NCBI GenBank assembly: GCA_020632555.1
Contig: JACKFI010000007.1
Span: 528 to 64,527 of the forward strand
DNA length: 64,000 bases
Reading direction: 5' to 3'
Source: Candidatus Omnitrophota bacterium
GTDB taxonomy: Bacteria > Omnitrophota > Gorgyraeia > Zapsychrales > JANLHA01
This document shows, one piece after another, positions 28,812 through 37,429 of the stretch. Positions within the stretch are counted from its first letter, which is position 1. Each line of letters begins with the position of its first letter. The notes below the pieces were generated by a model that did no database searches, had not been told where the DNA came from, and saw only the letters and a program-made list of their open reading frames with translations. The position numbers and the translations under genes were made by a program.

Positions 28812-29517
28812 AATTTTATTAACAGTTTGTGCGCGGGGTGGTTCTAAAGGTGTTAAAAATAAGAATATCCGTTTGCTTTGTGATGAGCCTTTGATTGCGC
28901 ACACGCTAAAGCAGGCCAAAAGCTGGGGAAAAGCAGATAAGATTATATGTTCGACCGATTCAGCGGACATTGCTCAGATAGCGCAGCAGTATGGTGCGGC
29001 TGTTCCTTTTATTCGTCCGGATCAACTGGCGACAGATACAATGGGCAAGTTGGCGGTTTTACAACATGCTTTAAAAACGGTGGAAGAAAAGGACAAAATG
29101 CAGTATACGACCGTCGTGGATTTGGATGTGACGTCGCCGATTCGGCAAGTCAGTGATATTGAGGGAGCGTATCAATTGTTTTTGCAACATCAGGCGGATT
29201 CTGTTGTTAGTGCTACCAAAGCTCGTCGGAATCCTTATTTTAATATGCTTGAACTGCAGGCTGATGGTTTCGTAAAGTTGGTCAAAATGCCGTCTGTGCC
29301 GTTTTTACGGCGGCAGGATGCGCCGGTGATTTATGATATGAATGCTTCGATTTATGTGTACAAGCGTGAATTTATTTTAAATCCAGCGACGAAAACATGT
29401 TTATCGGAGAAAACTTTAGCTTGGGAGATGGGAGAATGGTCTGCTTTTGACATTGATTCGGAGGTTGATTTTCAACTCATTGAACTTTTAGTGAGCAAGG
29501 GGGTTGTTAAGTTATGA
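28798..29517 (+). CDS. Acylneuraminate (nonulosonate) cytidylyltransferase, NeuA/LegF family
   Basis: LLTVCARGGSKGVKNKNIRLLCDEPLIAHT, DVTSPIR. Confidence 0.85.
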   Translation: MAADKILLTVCARGGSKGVKNKNIRLLCDEPLIAHTLKQAKSWGKADKIICSTDSADIAQIAQQYGAAVPFIRPDQLATDTMGKLAVLQHALKTVEEKDKMQYTTVVDLDVTSPIRQVSDIEGAYQLFLQHQADSVVSATKARRNPYFNMLELQADGFVKLVKMPSVPFLRRQDAPVIYDMNASIYVYKREFILNPATKTCLSEKTLAWEMGEWSAFDIDSEVDFQLIELLVSKGVVKL

Positions 29518-30305
29518 CAGATTATTTAAAGAAATTTGTTTTAAAGGGTAAAAAAGCTGTTGTCGCCGGCGGTGCGGGTTTGATTGGTCGGGAAGTTGTG
29601 ATAGCTTTGGCGCAGGCTGGCGCTGATGTGGTGATTGCGGATACTAATATTACTGCTGGGAAGAAATTGGTAAAGGGATTGGTTCGTTCAAAAGGTAAAG
29701 TGACCTTTGTCACATTTGATATTTCGCAAATGGATGATATGAAAGGTCATGTTGCCGCTGTCGTGAAGAATTTAAAAGGAATTGATGTTTGGGTTAATTG
29801 CGCTTATCCACGAACGGCGGACTGGGGTGTTTTACCAGAACAGGTTTCGGCACAATCCTGGCGGCAAAATGTCGACGATCAGTTGAGCGCGACCGCTTTG
29901 TGTTGTACCACGGTTGCTGATCATATGAAGAAAAAAGGCGGCACGATTATTAATTTAGGTTCGATTTATGGTATCGGTGGTGGAAAGTTTGATATTTACA
30001 ATGGCACAGCGGTTAAACCGGTGCCGATTATTTATTCAGTTGTTAAAGGTGGCATTGTGAATTTGAGCCGCTATTTGGCGTCGTATTATGGCTGTTATAA
30101 TATTCGTGTGAATACGGTTTGTCCCGGCGGTGTTGCCGATGGGCAAGATCCAAAGTTTGTTAAGCAATATGCTGGGCAAACGCCTTTAGGCCGCATGGCG
30201 CGTTCTGAAGAAATTGCGTCGACAGTTTTGTTTTTGGCGTCTGATGCTGCTTCATATATCAGCGGAGCGACCGTGATGGTTGATGGCGGGTGGACTGCGG
30301 TTTAG
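29514..30305 (+). CDS. Short-chain dehydrogenase/reductase (PtmA-like)
   Basis: VVAGGAGLIGREV (TGxxxGxG-like), NCAY, YSVVKGG (YxxxK), PGGV. Confidence 0.85.
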   Translation: MTDYLKKFVLKGKKAVVAGGAGLIGREVVIALAQAGADVVIADTNITAGKKLVKGLVRSKGKVTFVTFDISQMDDMKGHVAAVVKNLKGIDVWVNCAYPRTADWGVLPEQVSAQSWRQNVDDQLSATALCCTTVADHMKKKGGTIINLGSIYGIGGGKFDIYNGTAVKPVPIIYSVVKGGIVNLSRYLASYYGCYNIRVNTVCPGGVADGQDPKFVKQYAGQTPLGRMARSEEIASTVLFLASDAASYISGATVMVDGGWTAV

Positions 30306-30315
30306 AGAAAATTTT

Positions 30316-31506
30316 ATGAAAGCAAAAGATTTGAAAACCGCTCAGCTAAATAGTTTTATTCCTTTAAGTGTTCCGGACATTTCTGGCAATGAATGGAAGT
30401 ATGTCAAAGAATGCCTCGATACCGGTTGGGTTTCTTCGGCGGGACCATTTGTTAGAAAGTTTGAACAATGTTCTGCCGATTATATCGGACGCAAATATGC
30501 GGTGGCTTGCAGCAGTGGAACAGCTGCACTGCATACAGCTCTTTTGGTTTTGGGTATACAGCCTGATGAGGAAGTGATTGTTCCCGATTTGACTTTTGTC
30601 GCGCCGGCTTTTGCGGTGCGCTATATCGGGGCTTGGCCGTTGTTTATGGATGTGGATGAAAAGTATTTTCAGCTGGATCCGCAAAAACTGAAAGATTTTT
30701 TATCGAAACAATGTTCTTTTAAGCGTGGACAATGCATTAATCGTAAAACAAAACGCCGAATCCGCGCGATTTTGCCAGTGCATTTGCTGGGTCATCCTGT
30801 TGAGATGGATCCGATTCTAGATTTAGCGAAAAAGTATGGATTAAAGATTATTGAGGATGTGGCGGAAAGCTTGGGGGCTGAGTATAAAAGAAAGAAAGCC
30901 GGCGCATTTGGGGATATTGCGGTGCTGAGTTTTAATGGCAATAAAATTATAACCTGCGGCGGAGGCGGCATGTTGTTGACAGATTCGAAGAAGTTTGCAC
31001 AAAAAGCGAGTTATTTAACAACTCAAGCCAAAGATCATCCGATTGAATTTGTTCATAACCATATCGGATACAATTATCGATTAAATAATCTTCAGGCGGC
31101 TATTGGACTGGCACAGTTTGAGCAGTTGGCCAATTATCTGAAGAAAAAGAATAACATTGCGAATGATTACGCGGATTCTTTAAAGTCTGTTCAAGGATTA
31201 TCTTTGCCGCAACAGGCTTCATGGGCAAAATCAATTTGGTGGTTATATACGATTTTAGTGGATCGCAAAGAATATGGCATAAACTCACGATCTTTGATGA
31301 AAGTTTTAGAATCATATAATATTCAAGCGCGACCGTTTTGGCACCCTTTGCATAGTCTTAAGGCTTTTAAAGGTTGTGATGCCTATAAAATTGAAAAATC
31401 GTTGCAGTTATATCAAAGTGGGTTAAGTTTGCCATCGTCGGTGGGATTGACCAAAGCGCAACAAGCTAAAGTGATTCAGGTTCTTCAGGATAATGTAAAA
31501 ACTTAA
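30316..31506 (+). CDS. DegT/DnrJ/EryC1-family PLP-dependent sugar aminotransferase (LegC/PglE-like)
   Basis: CSSGTAALHTALL, VPDLTFVA, SFNGNKIITCGGGG (PLP lysine region). Confidence 0.85.
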   Translation: MKAKDLKTAQLNSFIPLSVPDISGNEWKYVKECLDTGWVSSAGPFVRKFEQCSADYIGRKYAVACSSGTAALHTALLVLGIQPDEEVIVPDLTFVAPAFAVRYIGAWPLFMDVDEKYFQLDPQKLKDFLSKQCSFKRGQCINRKTKRRIRAILPVHLLGHPVEMDPILDLAKKYGLKIIEDVAESLGAEYKRKKAGAFGDIAVLSFNGNKIITCGGGGMLLTDSKKFAQKASYLTTQAKDHPIEFVHNHIGYNYRLNNLQAAIGLAQFEQLANYLKKKNNIANDYADSLKSVQGLSLPQQASWAKSIWWLYTILVDRKEYGINSRSLMKVLESYNIQARPFWHPLHSLKAFKGCDAYKIEKSLQLYQSGLSLPSSVGLTKAQQAKVIQVLQDNVKT

Positions 31507-31519
31507 GAAAAGAGATGAT

Positions 31520-31801
31520 ATGTTCTCACATTTTGTTTTTGATTTTTGGGCAGGCTGGGGTTTTTTTGCGCAGTTTGTATTTATGATGAGTTTTGTGGTG
31601 CAGTGGTATAAGTCGGAAAAATTAAAACAAAGTCATTTGCCCAATGAATTCTGGTATTTGCGATTGGCGGCATCTGCCATGTTGCTGGTTTATGTGATTA
31701 AAAAGCAGGATTTGGTTTTTTTTGTTGGTGTTATTTTGCAATCGGCGATTTATGTGCGCAATATTGTTTTAATAAAACGCGGGGAGGAAAGAAATGCGTA
31801 G
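31520..31801 (+). CDS. Small membrane protein with lipid-A-disaccharide-synthase N-terminal-like (LAB_N) domain
   Basis: 93 aa with 3 TM segments. GFFAQFVFMMSFVVQWYKSEKLKQSHLPNEFWYLRL matches my memory of the LAB_N pattern that accompanies GtrB-like GT2 genes. Confidence 0.55.
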   Translation: MFSHFVFDFWAGWGFFAQFVFMMSFVVQWYKSEKLKQSHLPNEFWYLRLAASAMLLVYVIKKQDLVFFVGVILQSAIYVRNIVLIKRGEERNA

Positions 31802-32744
31802 TTTAATTTCTATTGTTGTCCCAGTTTATAATGAGAAGGATAGTCTTGTTTTATTGGTGGATCAGATCAGCAAAGTGATGGCTGCTCGGGCCAAAGAATC
31901 TTTCGAGATTATTTTTATTGATGATGGCAGTACAGATCAGTCTTGGGACGTTATTCAAAATCTTGCGGCTCAACATGCGAAGTATGTTCGAGCTATTCGC
32001 TTTCGAAAAAACTTTGGTAAGTCGCAAGCATTATCAGTCGGTTTTCAATTAGCGCAAGGCGACCCGATTATTTCGATGGATGCGGATTTGCAGGATGACC
32101 CTCAAGAGATTCCCCTTTTTCTCGATAAAATCAATGACGGTGCTGATCTTGTTTCGGGCTGGAAAGTGAATCGTCAGGATCCCTTGTCTAAAACTTTGCC
32201 GTCAAAAGTTTTTAACGCGGTTGTTCAATTGATGTCGGGCGTCAAGCTGCATGATTTTAATTGTGGCTTTAAAGCGTATCGTAAGGAGGTTCTCAGGCAT
32301 ATTAAAATCTATGGAGAGCTTCATCGTTTTATTCCCGTGTTGGCTCATGGCTATGGTTTTAAAATCGCGGAAGTGGGTGTTCGGCATAATCCTCGTCAGT
32401 TTGGCTATTCAAAATATGGTTTAGAACGTTATGCTCGTGGTTTTTTAGATTTGTTAACGGTAATTATTACGACGCGTTTTATCAAAAGGCCATCACATCT
32501 TTTTGGGGGATTTGGAATTATTGCGGGATTGATTGGTTTTAGCATTTTGTTTTATTTGAGTGTTCATTGGTTGATGGGTACACATATTGGAGCCCGGCCG
32601 TTATTTTTTCTAGGGATTATGTTGAGCATTATGTCGATTCAAATGATTTCTTTGGGTTTGATTGCCGAATTGTTTCTTTACTATGCGAAGTCAAATGAGA
32701 ATGAAGATTTGATTCAACAAAAAATAAATATTGTTTTAAATTAA
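31794..32744 (+). CDS. Polyprenyl-phosphate glycosyltransferase (GT2; GtrB/ArnC/DPM1-like)
   Basis: ISIVVPVYNEKDSL, FIDDGSTDQS, MDADLQDDP, plus two C-terminal TM helices. Confidence 0.85.
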   Translation: MRSLISIVVPVYNEKDSLVLLVDQISKVMAARAKESFEIIFIDDGSTDQSWDVIQNLAAQHAKYVRAIRFRKNFGKSQALSVGFQLAQGDPIISMDADLQDDPQEIPLFLDKINDGADLVSGWKVNRQDPLSKTLPSKVFNAVVQLMSGVKLHDFNCGFKAYRKEVLRHIKIYGELHRFIPVLAHGYGFKIAEVGVRHNPRQFGYSKYGLERYARGFLDLLTVIITTRFIKRPSHLFGGFGIIAGLIGFSILFYLSVHWLMGTHIGARPLFFLGIMLSIMSIQMISLGLIAELFLYYAKSNENEDLIQQKINIVLN

Positions 32745-32749
32745 AGCTT

Positions 32750-34117
32750 ATGGAATTTCAAAGAATTCTCTCTCAGCGGAAAAGTGTTCGAAGTTTTAGG
32801 GATGAGCCTGTAACTCAAAAGGATATTTTGACAATTATTCAAGCTGGCTTAACAGCGCCGTCACCATGCAATCAGCAGTTGTGGCGATTTATTGTACTTG
32901 ATGACTCAAAAGTTAAGGATCGTTTGATTTCAGAAGCTTATTCGTCAACGATAATCCGTCGGGCGGCAAGTGTGGTTATTGTTATGTATGATGGTTGGAA
33001 TTATAAAGAGGCTATCCAATCAGGGGCAATGGCAATTATGAATATGCTCAATTGTAGTTGGGAGTTGCAGATTGGTTCGTGTTGCATTAATAGTTTTGGT
33101 AATGCAAAGAAAATTAAGGATATCCTTAAGATTCCAGAGAACTATGTGATTGTTGCTTTTGTAATTCTCGGTCATTCGGATGAATTGAAAAACTTGGATG
33201 TTCCCTTGGTTGACCGGCGACCGGTTCAGGAGGTGGTCAGTTATAATATGTATCAGGCTCAGGGGGATTATGTCAAAAGCTATAATCCTCAGATTTGGAA
33301 AAGGCAAAGTCTTGATGATTATCAAAAGTATTTTTGCCGCAAGACGTTTCTTGGTAAACAAATGGATTTGGTTGCGGAACAAGAACTTCAGGTGATTAAA
33401 GCACAGCTGGAAAACTTAAATGGCGATATTCTTGATATTTTTTCTTATGATGGTTCGTATTTAAAGTTTTTCCCTAAGCAGAAAATATATTCTTTGAATC
33501 TTAATGAGATTACTGGGCGGTATGCTTTGAGTGCTTTGCCTTTAGAGCCGCAGGATAAAGATTATATTAAAAGTGTGACGTGGGAGATGCTCGGTAAGGA
33601 TGATTTTGATCTTCGTTTGGTTGCTCAGGTGACAATGATTATGAAAGCTGAGCGAATATCGCAGGATATATTAGGTGAGTTGTTGGATGTTCTTGGTAAG
33701 AAGCTTCAGCCGGGGACAAAGTTGACTATTATTGCTCGAAAAAAGAATTTTTTCCTTAATATATTTTTGTTTTGTTTACGGTTGGCGTTTGGGGATGATG
33801 TTCGCAAAACTGGAATCTTTGCTTTCTGGGGACCTTTTTCTCCTATAGATATTCATCAAGTGTCTCGAATTTTTAAAGGGAAAGGCTGGCAGCAAATTGA
33901 GGAAAAACAATATTTCTTTTTGCCAGCTTTTTTTCAACAGATTTTGCAAATGGTGTTTCAATATTATAAAAGCGGAAAAACAAGCTATATTCATCGCACT
34001 GTACACCAGAATTATATAACGCGAAGTTATGATTGGCTTTTACAGAGGCAGGGATTCAAATTAACTCGTCATGGGTCATTAGCGGTTCTAAAATTTCGTC
34101 TTAAAAATATCTCATGA
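32750..34117 (+). CDS. Nitroreductase-domain protein fused to a C-terminal methyltransferase-like domain of about 280 aa with a degenerate motif I
   Basis: N-terminus RKSVRSFRDEPV...APSPCNQQLWRFIVL (nitroreductase fold). C-terminus ILDIFSYDGSY ... LQPGTKLTII (class I MTase-like but lacking GxGxG). Confidence 0.6.
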   Translation: MEFQRILSQRKSVRSFRDEPVTQKDILTIIQAGLTAPSPCNQQLWRFIVLDDSKVKDRLISEAYSSTIIRRAASVVIVMYDGWNYKEAIQSGAMAIMNMLNCSWELQIGSCCINSFGNAKKIKDILKIPENYVIVAFVILGHSDELKNLDVPLVDRRPVQEVVSYNMYQAQGDYVKSYNPQIWKRQSLDDYQKYFCRKTFLGKQMDLVAEQELQVIKAQLENLNGDILDIFSYDGSYLKFFPKQKIYSLNLNEITGRYALSALPLEPQDKDYIKSVTWEMLGKDDFDLRLVAQVTMIMKAERISQDILGELLDVLGKKLQPGTKLTIIARKKNFFLNIFLFCLRLAFGDDVRKTGIFAFWGPFSPIDIHQVSRIFKGKGWQQIEEKQYFFLPAFFQQILQMVFQYYKSGKTSYIHRTVHQNYITRSYDWLLQRQGFKLTRHGSLAVLKFRLKNIS

Positions 34118-35706
34118 AAAATACAATTTACTCGAATGTTATTCTTCCTAATATTCCTCGAATATTAAGTCAGATTAATACCAATATTGGTTCATCGACC
34201 TTTGGGTGTTGTGAGCGTTATCATTGGCATAATAGTGTGACCGCAGCCCCTAATGCGCGTTTTCAAGAAGCCGTTTTAACTTTGGCGCTTTTTTATAAAC
34301 AGGGGCCAGTTGAATACAAAGATAATCCCTTACTGTTATCTTTGGTTAATGCCATTATCGGATTTTGGATTAAAATTCAAGAGCCAGATGGGTCCTTTAA
34401 TGAGTGGTATGTTCATGAAGGCAGTTATGTGGCAACGGCTTTTTCTTCGTATGCAATTTCGGAAACAGTTTTATTGTTGGGCAAAGAGCAGGTTACGAAT
34501 GTTGAGCATGTTCTTGCAGCGTTGGTTAAAGCAAGTTCTTGGCTTGGCCAGCATAGTCAAAAGGCTGTTTGTAATCAACAGTCTGGTGCTTTGTTAGCGA
34601 TTCATAATACTTATATGTTGACGGCAGAAGATGCTTTAAAAGTTATTGCTCAAGATTATGAGCAGCTCATTGCTTCATGTCAAACAACGGAAGGATGGTT
34701 TTTGGAATATGGTGGCCCAGATATTGGTTATTTATCATTAACTATTGATTATTTGGCTAAGTATTATCACAAAACAAAATCTGATCTTATCGCGAGAGTG
34801 ATCGACAAGGCTTTGGGTTTTATTGCGAACTTTATTCACCAGGACGGCACAGTCGGTGGGGCTTACACAAGCCGGGAAACGGAATTCTTTATTCCGCATG
34901 GGGTTGAATTGTTGGCCGCAAGCAATGAGAATGCTGCTTTCATTGCTGGTGTGATACGTCGGAACTTAGCTGGCGGCAAGAGTATTACGCCATCCTCTCT
35001 GGATGATCGATACCTGATGTACAATGGCTACACATTTTTGCAGGCAGGGTTAGATGGACTTGAGGATTTACCAGAGGTCATTATGAAGCGACCACGTTTT
35101 ATGCATTATCCATTAGCTGGGATTGCGATTTGGCGATGGGATCAGTTTGAGTTTATTGCTAATTTAAATAAAGTGGGGACATTTGTCGCGTTTGTTGGTG
35201 ATAAAAAGATTTGTGATAGTGGAATCTTAATTGAAGGTCAGCCGAACCTTTTTAGTGGGTATTTGCAAAAGCACGTGAAGATTTTACATATGAATGAACA
35301 AGGTTTTGAGGTGCAAGGGCATTTTTGCCTTTTACGGGAAAATTCAATGTCGCCATTAAAGCAAATTTTTCTAAATGGTGTGCAATTGATTATTGGGAGA
35401 CTTGGTGCATTACAAGTTTTTGTCAAAGAATACTTGCGCAAAAAGTTGATTACAGGGCATAAATACTCGACCGTCACTTTGAAAAGAGCAGTTGTTTTGA
35501 CGGATGAGGGTATAGAGATTGATGATCGGATTGAAGGATTAAAAACATTTGAACGAATTGTTGTCGGTGCGAGACTTTCCTATATTTATGTTCCGTCGTC
35601 GCGTCTTTTTCAGAGAGAAAATCTTAAAGAACATGGGCCTGAGTTTATTAATATGGATCAGCTTCATAATGATGCCGTTGTGGTTAATAGACAGTTTTAT
35701 AAGTAG
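34114..35706 (+). CDS. Hypothetical 530-aa protein (possible alpha/alpha-toroid plus beta-sandwich polysaccharide-modifying enzyme)
   Basis: ORF is coupled to its neighbour by an ATGA overlap. Recurrent DG-aromatic motifs (EPDGSFNEWY, TTEGWFLEYGG, HQDGTVGGAY) in a helical N-terminal half, with a beta-rich C-terminal half. The fold guess is weak. Confidence 0.35.
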   Translation: MKNTIYSNVILPNIPRILSQINTNIGSSTFGCCERYHWHNSVTAAPNARFQEAVLTLALFYKQGPVEYKDNPLLLSLVNAIIGFWIKIQEPDGSFNEWYVHEGSYVATAFSSYAISETVLLLGKEQVTNVEHVLAALVKASSWLGQHSQKAVCNQQSGALLAIHNTYMLTAEDALKVIAQDYEQLIASCQTTEGWFLEYGGPDIGYLSLTIDYLAKYYHKTKSDLIARVIDKALGFIANFIHQDGTVGGAYTSRETEFFIPHGVELLAASNENAAFIAGVIRRNLAGGKSITPSSLDDRYLMYNGYTFLQAGLDGLEDLPEVIMKRPRFMHYPLAGIAIWRWDQFEFIANLNKVGTFVAFVGDKKICDSGILIEGQPNLFSGYLQKHVKILHMNEQGFEVQGHFCLLRENSMSPLKQIFLNGVQLIIGRLGALQVFVKEYLRKKLITGHKYSTVTLKRAVVLTDEGIEIDDRIEGLKTFERIVVGARLSYIYVPSSRLFQRENLKEHGPEFINMDQLHNDAVVVNRQFYK

Positions 35707-35739
35707 CATTAGATATCATGAAATCGGGAAAGGACAGTA

Positions 35740-37401
35740 ATGAGTAGAGAAAAAGACATGTATGGTAAAGACAAGAGATTTTATTTTTGTTTATTAGCTG
35801 GAATCATTGTTTTATTTTTATGTGTTTGGTTTTTTAGTGCCAGAAGTTTTTCTGGATGGGGAGATGAAATAACCCATTTTGGAACAGCTAAGGGGTTAGC
35901 TCAAACGGGGCAATATAAAATGTGGTCTTTTGATCAAGGTCAAATCAGCCCGATCAATTATACGCGGGGGCTTGTGATTACTTATTTGGCCAGCCTATCT
36001 TATAAAATGGCTGGTCTTTCTCGTCTGGCTTTTCGTGTGATACCATTAGTTTTCGTATTGTTGACATTTTTAACGTTGGTTTTGTATATTCGTTTGCGGC
36101 ATTATGCGTCGTGGAAAGCGCTGGCTTACGCGGCTGTTTTCTTTTTTGGGCAGGTTTTTGTTTTTGAACAATCAGTGTATGTTCGAATTTATGCGCCATT
36201 GGGATGGTTGATGGTTTGCGGCTTGATTCTTTATTGGGAGGCATATTTACAATTTCAAAAACGTAAGGTTCTTCTGGGGTGCGTGCTGCTTGGGGGCAGT
36301 ACTGGAACATTGATTTTACCAACCATTGATCATTGGCAGATGGAACATTTAGCAATTTATGCTTTGGCGATTGTTTTAAGCTTTCCTTTGATTACAGGAA
36401 TGATGACAAAAATTGACCAGAAGTTAAGTGTTAAGGTCAAAATTCTTCTTGGAATATGTTTAGTTTTCTTTGCTTTATTTGTAGCTTTGATTTTGGATTA
36501 TGCTATGGGCTATTGGGTCATTGATGCCAAACGACGTTTGATGGGACGTAGTTTTGTGACCTATTGGGATAATCTCGCCGGTATGATTCGTTATGCTTTG
36601 GCTTTGAATGTTTGTTTCATAGGCTTGGGTTGGGTGATGCAAGATCTAAGAAAAAATAAAACTTTGGATTTTTATTCATGGTCATTCTTGACGGGTATTG
36701 TATCTGGTATTTTGATTGGACTTTTTAATCCGCATAATCATATTTTTTATTCGCGATTTTTTTATGTTTCTGTTCTTTTGGTTGCGATTGGTTTCCCGCA
36801 AATGTTGCTGCGGATGAATTTGTCTAAAAACAGCTTGCGGTGGATTTTCACTGTTTTTTTAGTTTTCAATGTTGGATTGTTTGTTATCAATGTGTATTGT
36901 GAACGAAGCAATATTCGTATTCCGATTGCTTGGCTTGAGAAAAACTTAAAGCAAAATGAGCTGTTGATTGTTTTTACGACTCACTTGGAATTGCACGGCG
37001 GCGAGTCTTTGATCAAACGCGCGTATGCCATTTCTCCAAGTCAAGATCCGTCTAATACTCAACAATTAATGAATCGTATTGAATCAAGCACAGCTGAGGA
37101 CATTTATTATCTTTATACCGACGAGTATGAATTTCGCGATCAGCTGTATTTGTGGACGATGGGCGATGATCGCAGTCCTCCTAATGATTTGTTTCGGTAT
37201 CTCAAAGAGAAAATTCCTTCCCAAACGGTGATGCCGGGTTTAAGGACGTGTGGTCTCGTTAAATTTAAAAAAAGTGATTTGATTATATCGTTGCAGAAGT
37301 TGTTACAAGATGGGTATCCACCGCAATTTAAAGGGGTAGAGAAGAGGATATTAAAGAAAATTCTTAAGCCTTGGTTAAAAGAAAAACTTTCCACAAGTTA
37401 A
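35740..37401 (+). CDS. GT-C-type polytopic glycosyltransferase (ArnT/PMT_2-like)
   Basis: About 12 TM helices. The first loop carries GWGDEITHFG (DE motif as in ArnT/PMT-type enzymes). Soluble C-terminal domain of about 150 aa. Located downstream of the GtrB-like GT2. Confidence 0.6.
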   Translation: MSREKDMYGKDKRFYFCLLAGIIVLFLCVWFFSARSFSGWGDEITHFGTAKGLAQTGQYKMWSFDQGQISPINYTRGLVITYLASLSYKMAGLSRLAFRVIPLVFVLLTFLTLVLYIRLRHYASWKALAYAAVFFFGQVFVFEQSVYVRIYAPLGWLMVCGLILYWEAYLQFQKRKVLLGCVLLGGSTGTLILPTIDHWQMEHLAIYALAIVLSFPLITGMMTKIDQKLSVKVKILLGICLVFFALFVALILDYAMGYWVIDAKRRLMGRSFVTYWDNLAGMIRYALALNVCFIGLGWVMQDLRKNKTLDFYSWSFLTGIVSGILIGLFNPHNHIFYSRFFYVSVLLVAIGFPQMLLRMNLSKNSLRWIFTVFLVFNVGLFVINVYCERSNIRIPIAWLEKNLKQNELLIVFTTHLELHGGESLIKRAYAISPSQDPSNTQQLMNRIESSTAEDIYYLYTDEYEFRDQLYLWTMGDDRSPPNDLFRYLKEKIPSQTVMPGLRTCGLVKFKKSDLIISLQKLLQDGYPPQFKGVEKRILKKILKPWLKEKLSTS

Positions 37402-37429
37402 TGTCATATTTGCCAATCCCAAAGTCCAT

